Shown here one piece after another: positions 35,532 to 45,249 of a stretch of DNA of 52,022 bases (positions are counted from its first letter, which is position 1; each line of letters starts with the position of its first letter). The stretch comes from a bacterium (GTDB lineage: Bacteria; Patescibacteriota; Minisyncoccia; Phycocordibacterales; UBA9973): positions 1 to 52,022 of the forward strand of contig JAIXRY010000003.1 in NCBI GenBank assembly GCA_027484965.1, written 5' to 3'. A program made the translations under genes and the position numbers. A model generated the notes under the pieces. The model saw only the letters and a program-made list of their open reading frames with translations. It was not told the DNA's origin and ran no database searches.

Positions 35532-37265
35532 TTATTCACGGTTATCCCCAAGACCATACACTTCTGAAAGTGGAGTTTCACCTTTTAGAGATTTAAGGAA
35601 TCCATCTTCTCTCATTGTAATCATTCCTTGTTTTCGAGCGAGTTGATATATAGCGTCTTCACCTGGAGATTTTAGGATTAATTCTTGCATATCTCTATCA
35701 ACCTTAAACATTTCATGTACAGCAATACGGCCTCGTGTACCTGAAGGACAGTCTGGAGAGCCTACAGTTTCAAACATTAAATCAGGTAATATTACATCAT
35801 TTTTATATTCTTCTGGTAAATCTTTGAAGTAATTAGTCAATTGTTCACGAATAGCTTCAGACACTGGAACTTCTTTTTTTGAAGTAGGACAAGTATGTCG
35901 AACTAGACGCTGCGCAACAGAAAGGACAAGAGTAGGAGCAATAAGGTAAGGGTCAACTCCCATATCAATAAGACGAGGTACAACCCCTGCAGCATTATTG
36001 GTGTGAAGAGTTGAAAAAACTAAGTGCCCTGTAAGAGAAGCTTGAATAGCTAGTTGCGCAGTTTCTTTATCACGAATCTCTCCAACCAAAATAACATCAG
36101 GGTCTTGACGAAGGATAGAGCGAAGCCCAGAAGCAAATGTATACCCAATTTCAGACATAACTTGTGATTGATTTACAGATGGGATGTTGTATTCAACAGG
36201 ATCTTCCAAAGAAACTACATTCATAGTTTCCCTATCTATCTCATTGAGCATAGAATATAGAGTTGTTGTTTTACCAGAACCTGTTGGACCAGTAATCAAA
36301 ATTAATCCATATGGTCTATTAATAGCATCTCGAACAAGTTTTAGATTTCTATCAGTAAAACCAAGTTCTTCTAATTTTTTAATTCCACGCTCAGAATCCA
36401 AAATACGAAGCACGACCTTTTCTCCAAAATAAGTAGGGAGTGTAGATACACGAAAATCAATTTTACGTCCATCAATTTTTGTAGAAAATGAACCATCTTG
36501 AGGTTTACGTTTTTCGTCGAGGCGTAGCTTTGCAAGAATTTTTATACGAGCCACAACACCATTAAAAGCATTGAGTGGAAGAATCAATGATGTGTGCAGT
36601 GCGCCATCAACACGAAATCGAACATTAACTTTTTCTCCGTTATTTTCAATATGAATATCAGATGCATTTCCTTCGATAGCGTGACGTAAAATAACAGCAA
36701 CGATTTTAATAACAGGAGCATCTTCAACTATTTTATTCTTACCTTCTTTGACATCACTATCACCTGCGTCACTGATAGCATCATTTGCATTTTGAAGTTC
36801 AGTGTCCATTTCTTGAAGAGCTTCGTCAACCTCTCCTGTAATTCCACGATACGCCTTAAGAGCTATTTTAAAATCACTCTCCGAAATAATACATATTTTA
36901 AAAGGAATATCGGCTTTTGCTGTAATAAACTGAATCGCATCTGTCGCTTGAATATTGTCAGGGTCAAGAGTGCCAACAATAAGTATCCCATTTTCAATAG
37001 CTATAGGAGTAAGCTTATATAAGACAGCAGTTTCTTCTGGAATATATTTAAAAATATCAGAAGACATTGATTTTATATTCAAACTTCTTGCAGGTATACC
37101 AAAAAATTCAGACTTCACATCACGAAGTACGGTATCGCTAAGCCCTAAAGAGATAAGAGCGTCTTCAAATGAAATGTTTTTTTCTTCCACAATTGCAGTT
37201 GCGTCAGTTATCATTTCTGGAGAGACTAGTTGTTTTTCTTGGAGTAGATCAATGTATGTTCTCAT
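35532..37265 (-). CDS. pilB: Type IV pilus assembly ATPase PilB (GspE family)
   Basis: N-terminal T2SSE_N domain, Walker A GPTGSGKTTT, Walker B ILVGEIRD, His box STLHTN, and partial tetracysteine region. Confidence 0.92.
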   Translation of the reverse strand: MRTYIDLLQEKQLVSPEMITDATAIVEEKNISFEDALISLGLSDTVLRDVKSEFFGIPARSLNIKSMSSDIFKYIPEETAVLYKLTPIAIENGILIVGTLDPDNIQATDAIQFITAKADIPFKICIISESDFKIALKAYRGITGEVDEALQEMDTELQNANDAISDAGDSDVKEGKNKIVEDAPVIKIVAVILRHAIEGNASDIHIENNGEKVNVRFRVDGALHTSLILPLNAFNGVVARIKILAKLRLDEKRKPQDGSFSTKIDGRKIDFRVSTLPTYFGEKVVLRILDSERGIKKLEELGFTDRNLKLVRDAINRPYGLILITGPTGSGKTTTLYSMLNEIDRETMNVVSLEDPVEYNIPSVNQSQVMSEIGYTFASGLRSILRQDPDVILVGEIRDKETAQLAIQASLTGHLVFSTLHTNNAAGVVPRLIDMGVDPYLIAPTLVLSVAQRLVRHTCPTSKKEVPVSEAIREQLTNYFKDLPEEYKNDVILPDLMFETVGSPDCPSGTRGRIAVHEMFKVDRDMQELILKSPGEDAIYQLARKQGMITMREDGFLKSLKGETPLSEVYGLGDNRE

Positions 37266-37274
37266 ATGTAATAA

Positions 37275-37769
37275 TTATAGACCATTTAACAAACTATCAA
37301 GACTGTCGAGAGTTGGTACTGTCGTATTGGTTGTTTTCTTTTCTGACTGATTAGTAAGTGTTGTTGTATTTTTATTTGTAGTACCTAGTTCTTGATTTGT
37401 TGAAGTGTTAATTGTATTTGTTGTATCAATCAAACTAGCAGTATCTTGTCCTACAGGAGCAAAAGGATTAGGTCTGCCTGCTGGAGCGTCTGTTGGTAAT
37501 ACTGAACCATAATTAACAAGTTTTTGGAATGCTTTACTTTGAATGATTGAGGGATCAAGAGAGATTGTTTTAATACTCTGAAGTAAAGAAACAAACTGTT
37601 GACTTGGATCAGGAGTAGAGGTATCACCATTTACATTAAGAGTGCCTTTAGACATAAGAGGTGTCTGAGTTTTTGCGGAATCTTGAAATTTTGGAATAAC
37701 AACAACAGCAATAGCTATGATTACAAGTATACCTAGGATAATGAGTAATTTTTTAACATTTTTATTCAT
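37275..37769 (-). CDS. PilP-like / hypothetical TM-anchored Thr/Asn-rich protein
   Basis: Position between the PilO-like gene and pilB, with a single TM helix. GRPNPFAPV resembles the R-D-P-F motif of PilP-type proteins. Confidence 0.4.
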   Translation of the reverse strand: MNKNVKKLLIILGILVIIAIAVVVIPKFQDSAKTQTPLMSKGTLNVNGDTSTPDPSQQFVSLLQSIKTISLDPSIIQSKAFQKLVNYGSVLPTDAPAGRPNPFAPVGQDTASLIDTTNTINTSTNQELGTTNKNTTTLTNQSEKKTTNTTVPTLDSLDSLLNGL

Positions 37770-37774
37770 AATTA

Positions 37775-38422
37775 TTAATCTTTAAGCCAATATGTCTTAA
37801 CTGTTACAGTGTATTCATAAACAGAAGTTGGTGTAGATCCTTTTTTAGAATCTTTTTCAGATTCAAGAGATGTAAAAGAAATTGAAGTAACATCAACAAT
37901 ACGTAAACTATTTTCAAGATTTTTCAGAAATTGAAGAAATTGATCATATGGACCTTGTACAGTAAAATTAACACTAAAAACTCCATAGGGCTTAGAATCT
38001 TCTGAAGCAACGCCTAATCTCATAGGTTGAGGAGCTTGAGGTGTCTGTGTATTAGTGTTAGTAGAAGGTTGAGGAGTTACTGTTTTTGCCTTTACACTTT
38101 CTTTTGCATCGTAAGAGACTTTTTTAAACACTAAACCTGAATCTTTGGCTATTTTTTCTATATCGATAACAAGACGAACGTTGTCTACTGTATCAGGGAG
38201 AAGAAGTTTTAGACGTTCTATATCATTTTTTGAAAAAGACTGATAACGTTCATTAATACTATCTCTAGCTTTCTCAAATTGGTTTGAGCTATTTAAAGCT
38301 TGTTCGTAAGTACTTCCTTCATCTTTTAATAATGAAATTTTCTTGTATGTTGGACTAGTGTACACAAAGAACACCGCAAGTGCGATTCCTACCAAGATAA
38401 TTGATCGTATAGTTCCAAACAT
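37775..38422 (-). CDS. PilO-like pilus assembly protein
   Basis: Single N-terminal TM helix, coiled coil and ferredoxin-like C-terminus, positioned after the PilN-like gene. Confidence 0.5.
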   Translation of the reverse strand: MFGTIRSIILVGIALAVFFVYTSPTYKKISLLKDEGSTYEQALNSSNQFEKARDSINERYQSFSKNDIERLKLLLPDTVDNVRLVIDIEKIAKDSGLVFKKVSYDAKESVKAKTVTPQPSTNTNTQTPQAPQPMRLGVASEDSKPYGVFSVNFTVQGPYDQFLQFLKNLENSLRIVDVTSISFTSLESEKDSKKGSTPTSVYEYTVTVKTYWLKD

Positions 38423-38427
38423 ATAAT

Positions 38428-39030
38428 TTATGGTTTTATAGAATTATCTTTGTTAGCATTTTCGACAAAATTTATAAGTGCTGGATCAACGTTAAAATTC
38501 AAATCAAAAGCAAGTTTACCATTAGTATCTAAATTAAGATTAGAAAAAATAGGATCTTGAATTAGTTTATTTTTTGAAAAATTATCAGACTGTAGTGCAA
38601 TAGTCTCATAATTATTGGTAAGACCTGAAAGCGTTACAGTAACAGACCTTCCTGTTTCATCGAACTTGTAACCAAATTTTGTGTATTGAATATTTTTAAG
38701 TGTTAGAGTGCTTAATATTTCAAAAATAGGAGTGGTTGTTATGTGTTGGTTTAAAACAATCTTTGCAGCAGAAAGACGCTTGTCTATATCTTTAAATTCT
38801 TGAAGCGTTTCTGGCTCAAATCTACCCTTAGAAACATCTATGCTTTTCTTTTGAGTTTCCACATTTTTAGCAACATATCCATTATAAAAGTATACTCCTC
38901 CGGCAAGCATTAAAGACAACACAAACAAACCTATAGCAATTATAGATATAAGTCCAAAGGAAGTCTCTTCGCGATATTCTTGCGTAATAGGCTTCTTTGG
39001 TATAAAAGTTGTTTGTGTTGGTAATTCCAT
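38428..39030 (-). CDS. PilN-like pilus assembly protein
   Basis: Short cytoplasmic N-terminus, one TM helix, then a periplasm-like domain. Immediately downstream of pilM with a 1-nt overlap. Confidence 0.5.
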   Translation of the reverse strand: MELPTQTTFIPKKPITQEYREETSFGLISIIAIGLFVLSLMLAGGVYFYNGYVAKNVETQKKSIDVSKGRFEPETLQEFKDIDKRLSAAKIVLNQHITTTPIFEILSTLTLKNIQYTKFGYKFDETGRSVTVTLSGLTNNYETIALQSDNFSKNKLIQDPIFSNLNLDTNGKLAFDLNFNVDPALINFVENANKDNSIKP

Positions 39031-40154
39031 TATGATTCTAATTTACGAAGCGCAATACCTAAAGCGTGAGCAAATTCAGGACCGATACTTTCGAGTGTTG
39101 GAATGAGGAATGCGGGAGCATCTACTTTAATAAAAGGATTTGAAAGAAAAACTTCTGTACTCATAGTGCTAGTTGCTTCTTGCAAAAATCCTTTTAACAA
39201 AGACCCACCACCAATCAAAAATGCTTTCCCAATAGTCTTATTGTTCTTCTTCTCATAGTGTATCATTACATTGTTTGCTTCTGAAAGAATAAAATCTGTG
39301 GAAAGTCTAATTGTACGGGCAAGAGATCCGTCCATAACATCACCAACAAGTCCGTATTGTTTTTTTAATTGTTCTGCACGAGCAAATGGTACTCCTAAAG
39401 AAGTTGCAATATTTTGAGTAATATCTGCTCCACCCTTATTAATAATATGAACTTCCCTAACTACCCCATATTCAACGATTGAAAGTTTTGTTTTAGATGC
39501 ACCAAAATCAAATATCATTACAGGAGACAGTTCATGAACAATCGCTGAACGCACAGCAGAAAATGTTTCTACTTCAAAAAAACTTGAAGGTAAAGACGAT
39601 TGCTTCATAATATTTTGATATCTCTTTAATACTTCATTATGAATAACAACAACCAAAACTTCTGTCGGATTAACAGTAGATCCTCCATCTTCGTCAAGAG
39701 ATGTTGTTTCTCTTTTTGGAATCAAAAACCAATCAAGAGAGACTTCGTCTATAGGTACAGGAATGTATTTTTTTGCTTCGTTTGGAATAACTTCGGACAA
39801 GGTTTTTTCATCAATACTTGCAGGAAGTGTAAGAATAAAAACCAATGAAGATTGAGCTGGTATAGTGGCTACTAATTCTCCACTAACCATTCCAGACTCT
39901 CGAAGTACATCATTGAGCGCGATAGTAAGTGTTTCGGGTACAAGATTGGTAACCTTACCAACATCACTTTGGCCATAAGGACCGAGAGCAATCGTTCCGT
40001 ATGTTTCAAGAATAGCACGAGAACCGTCTCTACGAAGTTGAACTACTTTTATACCAGAAGTTCCAATATCAACACCAATAACACTTCCTTTCAAAGAAGT
40101 CCCTCCGAGAGCTGAACTAAAAAAAGATTTTATTTTGTTAAGTATTTCATCCAT
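39030..40154 (-). CDS. pilM: Type IV pilus assembly protein PilM (actin-like ATPase fold)
   Basis: GVDIGTSGIKVVQL and FDFGASKTKLS phosphate motifs. Start at MDEILNK (40154) because TGATATAAT (40176-40168) lies 13 nt upstream and overlaps the longer ORF start. Confidence 0.85.
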   Translation of the reverse strand: MDEILNKIKSFFSSALGGTSLKGSVIGVDIGTSGIKVVQLRRDGSRAILETYGTIALGPYGQSDVGKVTNLVPETLTIALNDVLRESGMVSGELVATIPAQSSLVFILTLPASIDEKTLSEVIPNEAKKYIPVPIDEVSLDWFLIPKRETTSLDEDGGSTVNPTEVLVVVIHNEVLKRYQNIMKQSSLPSSFFEVETFSAVRSAIVHELSPVMIFDFGASKTKLSIVEYGVVREVHIINKGGADITQNIATSLGVPFARAEQLKKQYGLVGDVMDGSLARTIRLSTDFILSEANNVMIHYEKKNNKTIGKAFLIGGGSLLKGFLQEATSTMSTEVFLSNPFIKVDAPAFLIPTLESIGPEFAHALGIALRKLES

Positions 40155-40163
40155 AGTGTATAA

Positions 40164-40182
40164 ATAAATTATATCATACAAT
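40164..40182. promoter_or_regulatory. Overlapping back-to-back -10 boxes for pilM (TGATATAAT, minus) and comF (TACAAT 40177-40182, plus, 6 nt before ATG 40189)
   Basis: Read directly on both strands. Confidence 0.4.
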
Positions 40183-40188
40183 ATATAT

Positions 40189-40845
40189 ATGAACCTGTGG
40201 GCAAATATCCTAGATATAATCTACCCTAACTCTTGTGTTTCTTGCCGAGAAAGAGGTGCTAGAGTATGCCAAAAATGCCTTCATTTACTTAATAAATCCA
40301 AGGAACACGAATCTAAAAGAATTTACACTATTTTTGATTATAAAAATCCTATTATTAGAAAAATACTACTTGAACACAAATACAAAAACAAACACGGCGC
40401 CATAGAACCATTAATTCCCATTATCGTAGACGAACTTATAGAAATTTTTTCTGAAAAATTTGGATTAATAAATATAGAAAATATATACATCACCGAAATT
40501 CCAATGTCACAGAAAAGAATCAAAGCTCGAGATATAAATCATGGAAAAATACTTGCTCTCAAAATAGCACAAGAATGCAAAAAAAGAGGTTTTAATATAA
40601 CTCAAAAATCTTTGTTAGTAAAAAATTTTGAGACAACACCACAAGCTCAAATAAAAAATAAGAAAAATCGATTAGAAAATATAAAAGGTAGTTTTGGTTT
40701 ATTGAAAAATATAGATAAAAAAATATCATCAACAACAATTATTATTGATGATATTTCTACAACAGGAGCAACACTTCTTGAAGCGGAGAAAATATTACGC
40801 AAAGACGGTTACAAAAAAATTTTACTACTATCTATTGCTCATTAG
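40189..40845 (+). CDS. comFC: ComF-family phosphoribosyltransferase-like competence protein (ComFC)
   Basis: N-terminal CVSC...CQKC zinc finger and the PRT motif IIIDDISTTGATL. Confidence 0.8.
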   Translation: MNLWANILDIIYPNSCVSCRERGARVCQKCLHLLNKSKEHESKRIYTIFDYKNPIIRKILLEHKYKNKHGAIEPLIPIIVDELIEIFSEKFGLINIENIYITEIPMSQKRIKARDINHGKILALKIAQECKKRGFNITQKSLLVKNFETTPQAQIKNKKNRLENIKGSFGLLKNIDKKISSTTIIIDDISTTGATLLEAEKILRKDGYKKILLLSIAH

Positions 40846-41014
40846 CATTAAAAGCTGCAACAGAAGCATTCCCTCCTAACTGATCTTCCATTTCTCCAGC
40901 AACAAAAGCTTCTAATTTTTTAGACATAAACCAAAAAATTAAAACTATAGATAAAATAATAAGCCCAATAATGGCAGCATTTGATGCTTTGCCAGAGTTA
41001 TATAATTTCTTCAT
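40832..41014 (-). CDS. Hypothetical small single-TM protein (60 aa)
   Basis: ORF with a TM helix. TACAAT (41028-41023) lies 8 nt upstream of the ATG. Confidence 0.35.
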   Translation of the reverse strand: MKKLYNSGKASNAAIIGLIILSIVLIFWFMSKKLEAFVAGEMEDQLGGNASVAAFNANEQ

Positions 41015-41061
41015 ACGTACTTATTGTACGCTCTTTTTATTAAAAACTCTTGTGCAAAAGT

Positions 41062-41433
41062 CTATAAAAATATTTTTGGAATAAATATAACAAGTCCAAT
41101 AACAAGTGCTACAACACTAGAAATAAGCACAGCTCCAGCTGCAACATCTTTTGTGTCTTTTGCATATGGATGATAATTGGGAGAAGTAAGATCTATATCT
41201 ATTTCTATGGCAGTATTAAAAGCCTCACTTACTAACACTAATCCAATAACAGAGATTATTGATGTCCATTCGGAAATACTTATATTATAATAAATACCCA
41301 AAAACAGAGTCACTAAGGTTGCTACTATATGTATCCAGAAATTTTCTTGAGTTTGAAGAATGAGAGATATTCCTCTTGTTGCATGAGTAAAGCTTTTTGC
41401 TCTTCTAATAATATTAAAATCTTTTTTCTTCAT
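41062..41433 (-). CDS. dgkA: Diacylglycerol / undecaprenol kinase (DgkA family)
   Basis: About 120 aa with 3 TM helices and motifs [15 protein letters not shown] and KD.AAGAVL. Confidence 0.8.
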   Translation of the reverse strand: MKKKDFNIIRRAKSFTHATRGISLILQTQENFWIHIVATLVTLFLGIYYNISISEWTSIISVIGLVLVSEAFNTAIEIDIDLTSPNYHPYAKDTKDVAAGAVLISSVVALVIGLVIFIPKIFL

Positions 41434-41791
41434 ATTGTTTTCCAGGAATAAATTTCATTGATATAGAATTCACGCAATGTCTCAAATCTTTTTCTGTTAA
41501 ACCTTCTCCTACAAACAAGTGACCTAGATGTCCTCCGCATTTTGAACAAGTAATTTCTGTTCTTAATCCATCAGAATCAAGACTTTTATGTATTGCTCCT
41601 AGTATTTCATCATCAAAACTAGGCCATCCACAAGTCGATTCAAATTTATCTTTTGAATTATAGAGAGGTGCTTCACACTGTCTACAAACATAAATACCTG
41701 TTTCTTTATTGTTTACATATTCTCCTATAAAAGGTGCTTCTGTCCCCTTTTCTAAGATAACTCTTTTTTCTTCTGGTGTGAGTGTATTCAT
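41414..41791 (-). CDS. msrB: Peptide methionine (R)-S-oxide reductase MsrB
   Basis: SelR motifs [21 protein letters not shown] and RHCVNS. TAAAAT lies 6 nt upstream of the ATG. Confidence 0.93.
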   Translation of the reverse strand: MNTLTPEEKRVILEKGTEAPFIGEYVNNKETGIYVCRQCEAPLYNSKDKFESTCGWPSFDDEILGAIHKSLDSDGLRTEITCSKCGGHLGHLFVGEGLTEKDLRHCVNSISMKFIPGKQYEEKRF

Positions 41792-41834
41792 GGAGTCATT
41801 TTACGTTTTATTTTTTACAGGCGCAAATAATTAA

Positions 41835-42461
41835 TTATTTTAATAAATTAAATAATTTTGTATCTACAATTTTTTCACCAGAATCATCTGTAAAAAGTAT
41901 TCTCAAACTTATTTTATCAACACAAACCACATTCTCCCATTTTATGTCTTTTAATATATTGGAAGAATTTTCAATATCGTTCATTTCAGCAACTGTCATA
42001 TGAGGAATAAATTCATCTTTACAAAACGGGTACCCGTAAGTTTTTGCATAAAACAACTCTCTTTCTGAATAAAATTCAGCCTTTTCAATGTATTTGCTTT
42101 TTAACATACCTTCTCGAAGAGGATTTAGCAGATCAATAATTTTATTTTGTAAATATTCAATCTCTGGTGTTTTTTTAAAAACAACAGAGATAAATTTTGA
42201 TTTAATATTTAATCTCTCTGGTAATAAATTTATTATTGAAATATTTTCTGAGATATCTTTTATAATATTTTCTATAATATACATATTGTGTTCTGGGAAA
42301 TTAGCATTATATAAAGATATGTGAGCATAATTTTTAACTCCTTCTTCAATTTTTTTTATAGAAAAATTTTTAATTAAATTTTCATTTAATTTTAAAACAC
42401 AATCTTCTGTTTTATATTCTGGTATTAATGTTATTGATATAAATAATTTTTTTGTTTCCAT
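41835..42461 (-). CDS. 2H phosphoesterase superfamily protein (LigT-like)
   Basis: Two H-x-S/T motifs at appropriate spacing (YAHISLYN and IPHMTVAE). Weak overall call. Confidence 0.45.
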   Translation of the reverse strand: METKKLFISITLIPEYKTEDCVLKLNENLIKNFSIKKIEEGVKNYAHISLYNANFPEHNMYIIENIIKDISENISIINLLPERLNIKSKFISVVFKKTPEIEYLQNKIIDLLNPLREGMLKSKYIEKAEFYSERELFYAKTYGYPFCKDEFIPHMTVAEMNDIENSSNILKDIKWENVVCVDKISLRILFTDDSGEKIVDTKLFNLLK

Positions 42462-42473
42462 AATTTATTTAAT

Positions 42474-43073
42474 TTATATTCTTTTATATTTTTTAATAAG
42501 AAAATGTGCAGATACAAATAATATTGAAAACACAATAATTAAAAATATAACCAGCATAGAATTTTTTCCTAAAAACTTTTCAATTAAATTTCCAGCATAG
42601 ACACCTACAAAAGCCCACAATATTGACCCAATAAAGCTAAAGAGAATGTACTTACGAATATTAACACCACGAGCCGCGGCAATAATAGAAGGTGTTGAAC
42701 GAATTACAGGAATGAGTTTTCCAAAAATAGTAATAATCATTATATGTCTATCAAACAAATCCCAATTCTTTTGATGTTTTTCATTTTCAATAATTTTGCG
42801 AACCCAACTTATATTTTTGAATTTCTTTCCAATAAAAAACCCAACCATATCTCCACCAAAACTACTTAACCCTATTAAAAAAATAGTGCCAAATAAAGGT
42901 AGGATACCTTGATTAACTAGAGTTCCCGCAAATATAGAAATAGTACCCCCTGGTAAAATAGAACCTATAACAGGAAGTCCTTCAAAAAAAGAAGTTAGGG
43001 ATATTATAAATAATTGAAGCCCTATAGGTACAGAGATTAAAAAATCTGTAATTGCAGTAGAAAATGATTCCAT
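42474..43073 (-). CDS. DedA / SNARE-associated family membrane protein
   Basis: Typical DedA pattern (FFEGLPVIGSILPGG...GDMVGFFIGKKF...RSTPSIIAAARG). Confidence 0.8.
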   Translation of the reverse strand: MESFSTAITDFLISVPIGLQLFIISLTSFFEGLPVIGSILPGGTISIFAGTLVNQGILPLFGTIFLIGLSSFGGDMVGFFIGKKFKNISWVRKIIENEKHQKNWDLFDRHIMIITIFGKLIPVIRSTPSIIAAARGVNIRKYILFSFIGSILWAFVGVYAGNLIEKFLGKNSMLVIFLIIVFSILFVSAHFLIKKYKRI

Positions 43074-43206
43074 ATAATTTAGTTTATCATATAATACATA
43101 TATATTTAAAATTCTATCGATGCGAGTTGATAGCCATCTATGTTACTAGAGACCATTATAAGACATATTTATAATACTTTATATTTTATATAGATAACTA
43201 ATCTAT

Positions 43207-44994
43207 CTAGTAATATGAGAAAGTGTTGTTTTTAGAGACAACTCCTGCAGATGTTGGAGAAAAGTTTTTAGGATTATCACTTTTATAAGCTGACCGGTCG
43301 ATAGAAACAATCGGAAGATCGGAATCCCCAAGAGCTTTACCTTCTTCATCATTGTGTCCATGAATAACTAGATTCACCCCGAGAGTCTTCAGTTTTTCTT
43401 TTATGTCCCGCTTTTGTTCATTAGAAAGACTTTGATCTTCTGAAAAATTTATCCGTGACTGACTACTTGTTGAAATAAAGAAATCTCGAATCTTATTGAA
43501 GTTATCTATTTGAGCAAGACTTAACTCATCTTGTCTATCATCAACATAAGCCGACAAACAATGTGTGTAAAAAGCATTTATATTTTTTATTGCTTCACCA
43601 ATATTACCGCTAGAGTTTGTATTTTTAAATATAATCTCAGTCATATCTTTCGTTAGATTTGTGTGAACATATAAAGTATCATCATACATCGAAATAAGCT
43701 TTTGCTGCTTAATTGATTCAAGAATTTTTGGATTCGAAGATTTTAAACTCTCTTTTATTTGAGTTCTATTTTCCAATATTTTTGCTCCGATTAAATTTTG
43801 GACTGTTTTAGGTAAAAATTCACTTACAGAAAGAACCTCTTCTATAGAAGTAGAGTCATTTATATTTTCAAAAAAAATAGATTTTTTCTTTAAGCTTTCT
43901 ATTGTATTAATCCACTGATTAATATCATTTTTATTAAAAGACCCATCAGGAGATTGCATTATTCGCAAAGTTTTTTCTTTCCTTTTTATTGTCTCTTGTA
44001 AATCATTTAAAATAGAATCTTTTTTATTAATAACTTCAGAAATTATAAGAGTCCTTTCTTTCTCAGGAAGAAAACTTGCGAGTTCAAGATTGCCTGAATA
44101 TTGATTCAATCTTTTTTGCATATCTACATCAACAGAAACACCGAACTCTGTAGAAAAGCCAGTAAGTACTGCATTGAACATATTTTCATGATTACCAGAA
44201 AGCCAAGTAACATCTCCACTTTTAATTTGCGCTTGTTCTTTTAGTTTTAATAATGATTCATAAATCTTAAGTCCTTCAGGTGTTCTGTCTCCAAGTATAT
44301 CCCCTACAAATACCACCTTCTTATCATTCCCCTTCCAGACAAGTTCTCCATTCTCAGAAGAAACTAAATCTCGATTCAATAAATGTTCAACAAACCCCAA
44401 ATAAGAACCATTCAGGTCACCAATCGCTTCTTGATCATGTTTTCTTTCAATCTCTGGAAGAGAAATTGTTCTTTCTAATAGTATTTCTTGACCTATAAAT
44501 TCTTCAGATTTTTCCTGTAGTGCATCATGATGAATTACATCTTCTTTAGAAGACTCTTTAGGAACACCTATTTCTTCGCGGATTTTTTCTATTTGTTCTT
44601 TTTCTTGTGATTCTCTATCAAGTTGTTGTTCAGCTTTTTCCCATTCGGATTCACTAAAGTAAAGGATGGCAGTTCTAATCCTTTGGTTTTTTATATTTTC
44701 ATCCTCATTTACACTAAGTGTTCGTTTTATTAAAAATTCTTCGAGAATTGGAAAAGGAAGAGGTTTGTTTTTATTATCTCTACAAGAGGAAGGGACCGCC
44801 TCATAAAATTTTTGTTTTATACTATTATAAATAGCGCCATCTACAGTAACTCCTTGTAAAATATTTTCTATTGTTTCTGATCCGTTTTTAATTCGATCAA
44901 AATACTCCTCAGTTTTTCCGGAGAATAATTCATTATTTTGTTGCAGTTTTTTATCACCTTCAAACTTTTCATTTTGATTCATATACTGGCTCAT
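43207..44994 (-). CDS. PPP/ApaH-like metallophosphoesterase with a large helical insertion and an unknown N-terminal region
   Basis: Motifs GDLNGS (His replaced by Asn), GDILGDR, GNHE and HGH in order. About 250 aa separate GNHE from HGH. Confidence 0.6.
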   Translation of the reverse strand: MSQYMNQNEKFEGDKKLQQNNELFSGKTEEYFDRIKNGSETIENILQGVTVDGAIYNSIKQKFYEAVPSSCRDNKNKPLPFPILEEFLIKRTLSVNEDENIKNQRIRTAILYFSESEWEKAEQQLDRESQEKEQIEKIREEIGVPKESSKEDVIHHDALQEKSEEFIGQEILLERTISLPEIERKHDQEAIGDLNGSYLGFVEHLLNRDLVSSENGELVWKGNDKKVVFVGDILGDRTPEGLKIYESLLKLKEQAQIKSGDVTWLSGNHENMFNAVLTGFSTEFGVSVDVDMQKRLNQYSGNLELASFLPEKERTLIISEVINKKDSILNDLQETIKRKEKTLRIMQSPDGSFNKNDINQWINTIESLKKKSIFFENINDSTSIEEVLSVSEFLPKTVQNLIGAKILENRTQIKESLKSSNPKILESIKQQKLISMYDDTLYVHTNLTKDMTEIIFKNTNSSGNIGEAIKNINAFYTHCLSAYVDDRQDELSLAQIDNFNKIRDFFISTSSQSRINFSEDQSLSNEQKRDIKEKLKTLGVNLVIHGHNDEEGKALGDSDLPIVSIDRSAYKSDNPKNFSPTSAGVVSKNNTFSYY

Positions 44995-45030
44995 TATAGC
45001 TAATTTTACATGAAATATAAATCGATCACT

Positions 45031-45099
45031 TTATAACTCTTCAAAATACTTGAGAAATGAATATTTTCCACTGCCAGTATTTTGCGGAGGTGGGTTCAT
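45031..45099 (-). CDS. Candidate 22-codon upstream ORF MNPPPQNTGSGKYSFLKYFEEL with an AAGGAG SD
   Basis: AAGGAG lies 10 nt upstream of the ATG. Belongs to repeated leader element A. In frame with the downstream 595-aa ORF, separated by a single TAA. Confidence 0.3.
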   Translation of the reverse strand: MNPPPQNTGSGKYSFLKYFEEL

Positions 45100-45145
45100 A
45101 GTCGCTTCGCTCCTTAAACTACACTCTCGCAAATTATAGTCGTAC
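45082..45145 (-). repeat. Leader element copy A (about 39/48 identical to 51605-51652, plus a shared GTACGA block)
   Basis: Aligned by eye. Covers the 5' UTR, the AAGGAG and the first 8 codons of the short ORF. Confidence 0.6.
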
Positions 45146-45162
45146 AAGCATTCCTTAATTTG

Positions 45163-45249
45163 CGGAGGATGTGAGATTCGAACTCACGGGCCGAATTACC
45201 AGCCGACGGTTTAGTAAACCGTTGATTTAAACCACTCATCCAATCCTCC
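45163..45249 (-). tRNA. Type II (long variable arm) Ser-like tRNA with anticodon ACU (hand fold)
   Basis: Acceptor GGAGGAT/ATCCTCC, D-stem GAT/ATC, anticodon arm ACGGT-TTACTAA-ACCGT, long variable arm, T-arm GTGAG-TTCGAAT-CTCAC, discriminator G. No encoded CCA. Confidence 0.7.

Noticed and set aside
45031-45099. A P-loop-like GSGKYS in the short ORF, and the single in-frame TAA separating it from the 595-aa ORF. This raised the ideas of a kinase-phosphatase gene interrupted by a nonsense codon, or stop read-through by the neighbouring odd tRNA.
   Set aside because: No hydrophobic beta-strand precedes the GSGK, so it is not a Walker A context. The downstream N-terminal region has no kinase features, and the neighbouring tRNA anticodon is ACU, not UUA. 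Sharing a frame with no second stop over 36 nt is not improbable by chance.
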